Part shown: in pieces, positions 51,482 through 61,420 of the stretch | Numbering within the stretch: the first letter of the stretch is position 1 | Layout of the letters: each line of letters opens with the position of its first letter | Assembly (NCBI GenBank): GCA_028023455.1 | Contig: JAQFVV010000004.1 | Coordinates: 26,226,001-26,290,000, forward strand | Length of the DNA: 64,000 bases | Direction of reading: 5' to 3' | Source of the DNA: Epiperipatus broadwayi | Taxonomy: Eukaryota > Animalia > Onychophora | The notes under the pieces: generated by a model | What the model was told of the DNA's origin: nothing | What the model saw: the letters and a program-made list of their open reading frames with translations, nothing else | The model's database searches: none | Translations under genes and position numbers: made by a program

Positions 51482-53764
51482 CTAGATAGTCCAACGTTTG
51501 GAGATGTCAAAGCAGGTATCCCGTCTATTGATAGCATTATTATTGCCATTAATGAAGTATGCTTCTCTGATTTTCCGCTTGATGTCGTTTTTCTCAATGC
51601 CGACTATTTTGGGGTTGGAGGGTTCAAACACATGTCCTGTCTTCTTGGAATGTTCTAAGAATGTTGATGAGTTATCGTTATTTTTCTTTGCTCTATTATA
51701 GGTGTATCTATGTTGTGCTGTCCTGTTGATTATGCCTGCTTTGGTTTCCCCAAAATAAATGGCCCGGCAACCGGGTTGTGGGCATGATATGCTGTAAACG
51801 ACATGGGGGGGGGTCTGAGAAGGTTCGGTTTTATCCTTAGAGTTATTGATTAGACGATTAGTGCATGGGGGTGTATGAAAACTAATTTTAAATTTATTGG
51901 ACAAAACCTTAATTAATTGGTAGGAGATTTTAGGTATGTGTGGAAGAGTGATATATGGAATTTTAGTATCGTTTTTATTGTCTACGATTTTCTTATAAAA
52001 TTGTTTAATTTTATTGTTAATAGTGTTGAGTTTGTAGCCTGCTTGTAGTAGGTCTTTGGTGTATAGATGTATATTATTCTTTCTATCCGCTTCAAACTTG
52101 CACAGTTGCATATTTCTGTATAAAAATGCTTGAAGGCCTGCAAATTTGTGAGAGCTTGGTGAATTGGAGTGTGGGTGTATAAAGCCTCTGATTTCAAAGG
52201 GCTTTATTATCATTGAGTAATTTATTGTTCTCTCATCCTGTGTTAGATGAAGGTTGAGGTAATTTAGACTTTGGAAAGCATCTTCTGTTGTGGAATTGAT
52301 AGTTAGATTAGTGTTTTGTGATAAATCTTGTATGATACTATTTGTAATGTGTTGGTTGGCTAAGATGAATATATCATCTACGTACCACATGTATATAGTG
52401 TGAGGGCAGTCAGCTTGATATTTGGATACAATTAGTTTTTCGTAGTGATTAAGAAAAATGCTGGTAACAATTCCACTGAGTGGGAGACACATAGGCCATC
52501 CACTTTTCATGTTGTACCAACTGTATTCAAATGTGGTATAGATGTGTTTGTCCATCCATGTCAAAAATGTAACGATAAAATTAATGCGTTCAGCTGAGAG
52601 CATGTTGGTCAGTTCTTGTAGGATGATTTGGATGGATTGTTTTCTGTCAACTGATCCATATAATTCTTTGACATCGAGGGTAGTCATGTGGAAGTTGTTC
52701 TCGATCTTGACTTTTTTGATTTTCTCCACAAATTGAAAAGACGAATTAATAAAATAATTTCCAAAGCCCAAGCTATCTATTAGTATTTGATTAACCATTT
52801 TCGCAGTTTGAAAATAATGGACTCCCCCAAAATCCATCATTAAACACAGTGGTTCTCCAGGCTTATGGAGTTTAATATTGGCAAATATTCTTGGAGCTTT
52901 AGTGGAGGAGGGATAAACTTGGTAGTATTCTGCAATTGAAATGCCTTTGTTTTTATGTGGACCGAGAATGGAAGAAACAAATTTATCATGGTTAAGGTTA
53001 TTGTTGAATTGTGCAACAGGAGTGAGTTGTAGATTTGCAATTTGTTCGTTTATTTTTGTCTTATAATCCTGAGAATGTAAAAGCACAAATCTGTTGCCCT
53101 TGTCTTCTTTAAGGCAGTTTAAATTATTATGATCTAGAAACTGTTTTGTAATTTTGATGTCACTATTCCAGCTATTATCTTTTATGTATAACTGTTTCTG
53201 TTTAATAGATTTAGATATATCTGTTATGATACTATCTCTATGCGAGTTATTAATTAGATTTGCTTCGACATCAGCAATAAGTTCTAGTTTGGGTTGTTTC
53301 CATTGGCCTCCTATGAATCTCAGTCCAAGGAATAGAATTTTTGTTATCCTATCGGGGAGGCCAGTCCTATTAACATACGAAGCTTTCTGTAAGTCAATAT
53401 TTATGTTTTGTTTATAAGCTAAAAATTTGATTTTAAGAGCAAAGTGTTTGCGGTGGTTTATTTCTGTAAAGTTGAGTTTATCGATAATCCATTGGGGGTG
53501 GGTACTATTTGCCGTTATTGTGAGCCATCTTTTTCTTTCTTTACGTAATGCATTACTGCATCCCCGTGTGATGAAAATCAAGAGGTGCTTTTGTAGTTTA
53601 TTAATGATTTTGTCACGGTTATATATAGAGCTGTCTATTTTTATTCTGCAACAGTTAGGAACAATATTAAATTTCTTGCATTCAGACAAAAATGTTAGTC
53701 ACTGTTTCAATGTTTTGACTGAAATGCCAAGGTGTAATGTAAGCCTTTGTTGATAAAAATTCAT
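51482..53764 (-). CDS. PLE reverse transcriptase / GIY-YIG endonuclease (760 codons; one in-frame TGA at 53699-53701, so probably disabled)
   Basis: The track start (53689) is a TTG. An in-frame ATG lies at 53764 (MNFYQQRLTLHLGISVKTLKQ*LTFLSECKKFNIVP). RT: LDVKELYGSV, GWPMCLPLS, YVDD. EN: VVYSISCPQPGCRAIYFGET...QH...H...KRKIREAYFI. Confidence 0.88.
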
Positions 53765-53879
53765 ATTTGTAAAATATTAAGGATTTTAAAACTTCTCCCT
53801 CGATAATTTAATATACAAATTAAAAAAGCGTATGAAACACTTGAGCGGGAAGCTATACAGATTCCAAAAATTACTATAT

Positions 53880-53920
53880 GCTAAGCGCTTTCGAGGCCAT
53901 TTGCCTCATATTCATAGTGG
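53880..53920 (-). ncRNA. Variant hammerhead-like motif (A3-U8 core), upstream pseudo-LTR
   Basis: CACT ATGAATAT GAGGC-AAATG-GCCTC GAAA GCGC TT AGC. Intact GAAA, one stem I mismatch. Confidence 0.68.
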
Positions 53921-54285
53921 TAATGCGAGATGCAGAATGAGGAAATAGGGCAAGGAAACAAAGCGGTATGCAAAGTGTATGCAAATGAGCTAGATAGTCC
54001 AACGTTTGGAAATGTCAAAGCAGGTATCACATCTATTGATGGCATTATTATTGCCATTAATGAAATATGCTTCTCTGATTTTCTGCTTGATGTTGTTTTT
54101 CTCAATGTCGACTATTTTGGGGTTGGAGGGTTCAAACACATGTCCTGTCTTCTTGGAATGTTCTAAGAAGGTTGATGAGTTATCGTTATTTTTCTTTGCT
54201 ATATTATAGGTGTATCTATGTAGTGCTGTCCTGTTGATTATGCCTGCTTTGGTTTCCCCAAAATAAATGGCCCAGCAACCGGGTT

Positions 54286-54490
54286 TTTAATAATAAAAAA
54301 TGCTAAAAGTAAAGATTTTGACAATATATATATATAAAGTGAGGTCGATTATAGACTACTACAATGTAAATTTCAAAGATACATACCAAATACAAAGAGA
54401 GGTGGCAATTGATGAAGCTACTACTAAATGTATGGCCATAGTAGCATGAAGCAATATGAGCCCTAAAACCTATAAAGATAAGATAAATAA
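54286..54490 (+). pseudogene. piggyBac-like transposase relic, 3' part
   Basis: NKNAKSKDFDN..KVRSIIDYYNVNFKDTYQIQREVAIDEATTK-GHSSMKQYE-PLKPIK matches the piggyBac K-x-RP...F...S-x-DE...KGR...KQY-x-P-x-KP-x-K block containing the first catalytic Asp. Confidence 0.75.
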
Positions 54491-55226
54491 TACTACATTG
54501 CACAGACTCTAAACTACTAACTTATGTACCCCAAGCTTAATTTTATAATGAATTTAGTATTTCATTCACTTTTTATTTAATTTAATTATTTTATATTTAA
54601 TGATGATTTTAGCAGCACTTATTAATAAATTACAAAGTGTATTGAAGTTCTTTATTATAATATTCAAATTATATTAATTATCGATCAATATTAACTACTT
54701 GTTATTAGGGATGACATATTCATTGCAACTCCCTGTTTGGAAATACATTTTGAAAGGCTATTAGGAAAAATGAAAGGTACTAAGAAGTTTTAAAGTGATG
54801 GATTACCTTAGGTAAATGTTATTATATACTATTTTTTTTATAAATTTTATGATGAATCCAACTAACCTACTAATAAAAATATAATTTTAAGCTGTATGCA
54901 TGATAATTTTGAATATATAAAATAATTATTAGAAATATTAATTTTTATTCTTGTTTTTATTACTTTAAATATCAATGATTATACTTTTTTCAACTTAATT
55001 ATATTATTTGGTATTCTGTGTATAAAACAATATATATTATGTCATTTTTAAATAATACAAATTTAAGTTATGATAAAATTTGTGGCTTAACATAAGTTTT
55101 TAAATATTCAATATGGCTGCTTCATCAGGCAAAAAGTTAAAACCATTTTTGAAATATATAAATCTTGATTGTAAATGATCTTTATTTAATATGCATGATT
55201 TTAATTTCAAACATAAAATATTTAAA

Positions 55227-55524
55227 AAAAATATTTATACTGAACAGTTTTATTTACTAAGGGAACTAAAAGCCAAGAAAATAATTGTTTCTTCAAGCAC
55301 AATTGTAGTTTTTATATTTAACTTGAAATAGAAATGTTGGGGATACAAAAATTAATTAAGTCAAAGTTGACTTTTTATGTTAAGTAACTGACTTAATTAA
55401 TTTCTGTACCTCTGATACATTTGTTTTAAGTTAAATACAGAAACTCCAATTGTGACTGAAGAAACAATTATTTTCTTAATTATTAATTCCCATAGTAAAT
55501 AAACTTGTTCATTATAAATATTTT
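55227..55524. repeat. ~300-bp foldback / MITE-like inverted repeat
   Basis: Arms ~55227-55363 and ~55389-55524, mostly complementary (e.g. gaaaataattgtttcttca vs tgaagaaacaattattttc), 25-bp spacer. Confidence 0.8.
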
Positions 55525-55806
55525 TATATCTATTATATTAATTTCAGAATAATAAAATTATAGTTTTATATGGATTTAATTCATTAGGAATAGTAATAAT
55601 TAGGAGATATTAAAAAATAATAAAAAAAGAGAATACATTTAAAAGTATAATTTAATATTGTGTATTTTATTTATATTATCTGGATTATTTTATTTTATTG
55701 GTTTTAATTTATCATATTTTGTGTTACTTATTTTTCTTTATTTTTTTTAAAATTTTATTAATGATACTTGTTTATTATATTATTATTTTATTTAGCATTA
55801 TATCAT

Positions 55807-55845
55807 AGCTCTGAGGAAGACTTCAGAACTGTCAAAATGTTCATG
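55807..55845 (+). pseudogene. Decayed canonical PLE-type hammerhead
   Basis: CTGAGGA A GAC-TTCAGAACT-GTC AAAATGTTC. Restoring two CpG transitions gives GTCGAAACGTTC. Confidence 0.45.
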
Positions 55846-56395
55846 TATATATTTATATATACTTTTTTGCAATAAAATGTTTGAAATAAGGTATATAAAT
55901 TGTATTTAAGCTTAATTGTATTGAGCTACTTGGGTTTTTATTTTATTTTAGCAGAATATGAATTTACAATGAAAGGTAAAGTATTTGTTCTTGAAATCAC
56001 AAAATTCCACATATCTAACAGAAGCTCGAAATTCTTGTATGACTAATTTTTTTTCTCTTATTTTTTTATTCAGACAAATTGAACATCAATTTGAAATCCA
56101 TTTTATACAAATTAATTTAAATAATAAATAATAACAATAGCATTAATTAATTTGAACATAAGAAAGTTGTTATATTTTGGTTTTTATAATCAGAATTATT
56201 GTAATCATAAGATGTATAAGTTTATTAATGTAAAAGTGATTATCATAGATATATAAATGTTCAGACATTTATGTCTAAGATTATAATTGTAAAGAAAAGA
56301 GATAATATATTGAATGAATTACATAAAAATTATTAATAATTTTTGAGAAATGTTTTGTACAATGTAAAGTGTTCATAGTAAGTATTCTGTACAAA

Positions 56396-56708
56396 AACAG
56401 GTAAAACTCTCCACACATATTGCCATTCAATGCAAGCCAGCATAATCAATGGATGCCAGAAGGCTTGTGCATAAAATTACCATCTAGTGCCTACTCATCC
56501 TATATCCGCAGACTAATTTCTTGCTTGCTGCCTTCATCAGTGAGGAGTCTGGGGATATTGGATGAGTAGGCACTAGATGGGGATTTTATGCACAAGCCTT
56601 CTGGCATCCATTGATTACGCTGGCTTGCATTGAGTGGCAATACATATGAAGAGTTTTTCCTGTTTTAATAACAGTTATAAGCAAGCATAATAAATGGTGA
56701 TCATGTGA
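56396..56708. mobile_element. Family A copy 3 (hairpin with ~110-bp arms around a minus-strand HHR at 56505-56546)
   Basis: Perfect 13-bp TSD tattctgtacaaa (56383-56395 / 56709-56721). Same termini as copies 1 and 2. Confidence 0.87.
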
Positions 56709-57016
56709 TATTCTGTACAAAGGCAGACAGATGAAAATAAGTAGTTAATAAGTTGCTATAAACAAATAATACATTATTAGCATTATCAATATTTTTTTAT
56801 TTCATACCATTCTTAACACTGTGAAATTTCAAGGATAATATCATCTTGAAAATATTAACTGTTATTTTAAATATTTAAGTATTTATATATACCCTCTTAA
56901 CCTTTAAGTTTACATTTTTATATGAATATGGACCACAGCAGTTTTTTTAAAAAAGTAATACCCATTATTTAAAATATATTCTATGTTTTCCTATAATAAT
57001 CATCATAATATCTTAT

Positions 57017-57093
57017 GCAGATTGACATGGTTGGTAGAGCATATAACTTGAGGTCAGGAGTTTCCAGGGTTGATTCTGGTGCTCACCAATCTG
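57017..57093 (+). other. Possible highly decayed tRNA-derived sequence
   Basis: GCAGATTG...CAATCTGGC terminal pairing, TTGGTAGAGCA (D-loop-like), GGGTTGATTC (B-box-like). No convincing anticodon arm. Confidence 0.3.
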
Positions 57094-60000
57094 GCACTGG
57101 AAGTTTTTATAAACTCCAGAGCAATAAAGCCATTTGTCTTTTTTTTATATATATTTAAAGTAATAGCTATTATATTTTAACAGTTAACATATATGAAATA
57201 TTATTATTTTGATATTAATTTTAAAAAAGCAATTAAAAATAACTAAATAATTATTTTATAGAATATTACTGTATTTACTTGTTCATATAATGATCAAATC
57301 AACATGAATGTAATTTGAAAAAGATAAACAATTTTACACCATTTCAACTATTCAATACTAGGAAATCTTTATTCAGTTTATTTGAAATATCCCTCACCAC
57401 ACAATATTATAAATTCTTAACAAATTTAAGATATACATTTTGATTAGAGAGGCAGATTTGAAGTTAATAATTATGTATTGAAAAAATAAATTTAATGAAA
57501 TATCTCTTGAAAAAATTATAAAATAAAAAAAGAATTATAAAAAAATATATTAAAAAACGAAATTGATTGTTCATTTCAACCAAGTTTATTGCTCTAAAAA
57601 TGAGTAATGAATAAAAAAGCAGATAATTAATGATGTTAACATTTTTTTTTCTACAAATTTTATATTACATTAATTAATTGAATATTTTCATTGTTAACTA
57701 ATATCAAAAATCACTTAATAAATATGAGTAAAAGTTATGTTTTTAATGATTCGTATATTTATGTAGTTAAAAAGTTTTCTTAGATGTTCTTTATTGTTAA
57801 AGTTGCTTCTTGTATATAATTTGAAATCAGCAATCTATATTTTATATGCATTTAAAAGTTTTCTATATATTCCAATTCTAAATATTTTTATAAAATTATT
57901 TTTAGTTTTCAAAAATTAACATTAATTCTTATATAATATTAATATTTTGTTTTCATTTCGATGTCAAAAGAATTTGCTCATATAATTTCATTAAGCATGT
58001 TTTTCAAATAATTTTATTTGATATTTAGCAAAAATAAAACTGAGATTTTAATTAAAGATATAAATATCATTGATAATGAAATAAAATTTCCAAATAAAAT
58101 AGAAATAATTAATAATATTAATTTTCTACATGGAAGTAATAAAAAATAATCACAATAATATTGACAGTGTAATTACACAGGTCTAATGAAATTGAAGCAT
58201 TTTAATCTATAAATAATTAAAATTTTACTGAAATTTGTATATAAAAGCTATTTAAATAAACGTAAAATTAAAGTATATTGTTTCATAAAGTTCAGAGGTA
58301 ATAAAAATAAAACTTTAATTAAATAATAATTTTAAAAAATGAACATATATATGTAAAGAATATGCACATAGATATACAATTATCATTCTATAAAAAGGCT
58401 TGAAATGACTCACTGTTAAAGTGAAATCTTTCCAAGAGTTTTTCATAGATAAACAGTGAAAATAAAAGTACTACTTATCAAGTCTACCAATCAGAGAATG
58501 GTAAGATTTGAATATTTTGTATCTTTGCTTTACTCTTTAGCAAAGAATAGCTAGATACCAATTTATTGATGAATGATTAATAGTTAGCTAAGTTGTCTAT
58601 TCACTCTCTCTATCCCCTCCCCCCAAACTAAATTTGTATCAAACCTAAAAAAGTATAATGTTTTAGCCACTCTAGATTTAATCCCATATCTTGAAAATGA
58701 TAGATGAATATGATATTACTGTATCAGGTGGCTCTTTGTGTATACATAGTGCATATCGTAAGAAAAAAAACCTATCCTATAATGTGAGAAAATGATTCAC
58801 AACAATATAAGTATTCTATTGACACTATAGACAAAATAAGATATATATTTATAAAGGGAAAAAATGTAAACAATATATATAATCTCTTTTGCAATTTTTT
58901 AACTTTTATTTATAATTTTAATAACCAATTATTTTTCATTTTTGAACGATAATTCGTTTTATTTATTTCTTTGTTTTTTAAATTTGTTGACTTTTAAAAA
59001 GATACTAAACAAAAATATATTTCAATAAATACATATCCAATTAATATAAATCGTAATAGCTTTTTATGATATAATAATTGTATTATAAAAATGTAGTAAG
59101 AAAATAAAGTGCTAATTATTATATGATCTATAACAAGATTACAAAATGAATTTATGCCTACAGAATTACTAATTTTATTTAACCTATTCCAATGTTAAGC
59201 CTATTTACTTTTTGATATTAGATTTCAAAGATATAACTTTCAGAGTTAAATTGTTTTATTTTTTTTTATTTTTTATTTTAAAAAGCTTATAGTATTCTAA
59301 AAACAATTTAAAGGATTTATTAGTCTCGAAAGCAATCATTTTAAAAATTAAATAAAATATTTGTATAATACAACATGATTTATTATTTTTAATTTTTATT
59401 ATATTATACACACAAAATTATAAAAGAATCCATCAGGATTTCTCCCTAATATATAAATTTAAAAACGATACTTTTTATTAATTAATAAATAATAATAATC
59501 TATCAATTAGTTGTTCACGAAGTCATGTGATCTTAAGTACTATAATAACAAATTGACTTTTACTATTACTCTTATAGATGGACTTTTTTTGCCATAATTT
59601 TTAGCATATTTATATTAAAAAGATTTCAAGTAAATTTTTCTCAAAGCTCTATAAAATTTAGTCATTGTAATCTAAAATTTCAAATATAAAAGATATTATT
59701 ACCATATGAGCTGATTAACAATGTTTTTTTGTAATAATAATAAAAGAACTAGGTTCATTTCATACTGAAAAAACGACAGTAGGGACCTCTGCAATCTTTA
59801 ACACAAAATTTATTTAAAAGACAAGAGCGGGCATGATTTGAGGCGTAAATTTTACAATCATATTAGATAATGAGTTAACTCATAAATTTTTTGTTTCAAT
59901 TTATTTATAAATGAATTTATATTTATTTATTCTAACATGCCAAAAATAAATATATCATAAGCAGTATTTCTTAAAGTTTGATTTAAATAGAATTGAAATA

Positions 60001-60689
60001 GATATTTCTTTAAACTACATTCTAATTTGTTTATAAATGAAAAAATATATAAAATTCTTGACACTCAGAGGATAACTTTTGATCAGTTAAAGGAGTTGGG
60101 CTTTAGTATGATAAAATATAAAAAAATAGTCAAAAATAATAAGATTGTAACAAAAATAAGAAAGAATACTTGATTGTGGATTATCATAAGAGCTAAAGAT
60201 TATAAAGTAATAATTCTATTTTAGGATCCATCCTAGACAATTTTATTTCATGGCAGTAAATGTTGTCTGCTTTAACTATAAGTATATATATTAAAATAAC
60301 AATCTATGTAAAAAACTACTGAAATGTGGTATACAGTTTTAAAATGTGCCTGGTAACAGAATATTTCAAACAATTATTAGTTATAAAAATGTTTCTCAGC
60401 ACATAACAAATTAACAATCATATATGTATAAGAGTGAACTGGTCAAACAATATTAAAACTTTCAGAAGAACTGTAATTAAAATCTATGAAATAATTAATC
60501 TAAAAAATAAATCATCTAGGCAGGTATATAGATCCAGCAACAAAATCTCATGGTAGACATAAATTAGATAGTAATGAAGCATATCTATTTAGAAATAGAA
60601 ATAATTTTTTTTAAAAAATGTTTTTATTTAAGTTGAAAAATCTGTTTATTTGATGGTGTGTTTGTTTGTTACTTTTACGTTAGAATGAA

Positions 60690-61420
60690 AATTTAAAATC
60701 AAGATATAACAGATTTAAATTCAATAGAATTGCTTTAAACTTGGTACATAAGCAATAAATACCAGGAACATCCATGGGGATACTAATATTAGGTCACCTA
60801 GTTTCTTATATATGGAAAAGAAGGTGGGAAAATGTGTATATTTGTATCAAAGTTAAAATTGTTTTTAGAACTTTAATATGTTTTAAGTAAAACTAACAAG
60901 AGGGTAATATAAAGATGTTGTTGTGCTTTTAATTTAAAAATATAATATTTTTAAATTAAGATTTAATAGACTTAAATAGAATATAATTATTTCAAATTTG
61001 GTATATAATTAATAAATACCAGGCAAATTCATGTTGGATATTAATCTTTTCAGTAGGTCATCTAGTTTCTTAGATATGAAACAGAGGGCAGGAAACTATT
61101 GAAAATTTTGATATTAAAATTAAAAACTATCCTAAGAACTTTAATATGTTCTAAGTCAGATTTATATAATGACAGAATAGAGACTTTTTTGGCTTTCAAC
61201 TTAATATTATAAAAACATTTTAAAATTGAAGTTTAATAGATTTAAGTTCAATATAATTTGTTGAAATTGTGTACATTTTTTAAAAACCTCTACAAAATTG
61301 ATTTAAAAAACAAATTTTAGATTGGTAGATGATTTAGTTTTTTAGATATGGAAAAATGGTGGGGGTAGAGATTAATATTTTGATCTTAGAAGTTCAATGT
61401 TTTAAGTAATGCTCAAGATT
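60690..61420. repeat. Three old, diverged tandem units of ~265-270 bp
   Basis: (c/t)tagttt(c/t)tta(t/g)atatg(g/a)aa...(g)gg at ~60798, ~61062 and ~61333; agaactttaatatgtt recurs at ~60868 and ~61136. Confidence 0.6.

Larger units (their letters stand above)
51301..54285 (-). mobile_element. Near-full-length Penelope-like element with tandem pseudo-LTRs
   Basis: 2508-bp monomer plus a 477-bp partial upstream tandem copy (51301-51777 = 53809-54285, offset 2508). Single RT + GIY-YIG ORF. Confidence 0.95.

Noticed and set aside
53699-53701. In-frame TGA codons in PLE ORFs (also 44202) read as selenocysteine, as known for some Naiad PLEs
   Set aside because: They fall at Arg/Lys-like rather than Cys positions, the same TGA-for-Arg pattern occurs in the L1 APE motif, these PLEs have a C-terminal endonuclease, and I saw no SECIS. 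CpG decay is simpler.
51373-54209. Overlapping short ORFs (51373, 51422, 51498, 51982, 52542, 52840, 53154, 53427, 53881, 53930, 54006)
   Set aside because: Alternative-frame or antisense shadows of the PLE ORF and its duplicated pseudo-LTR.
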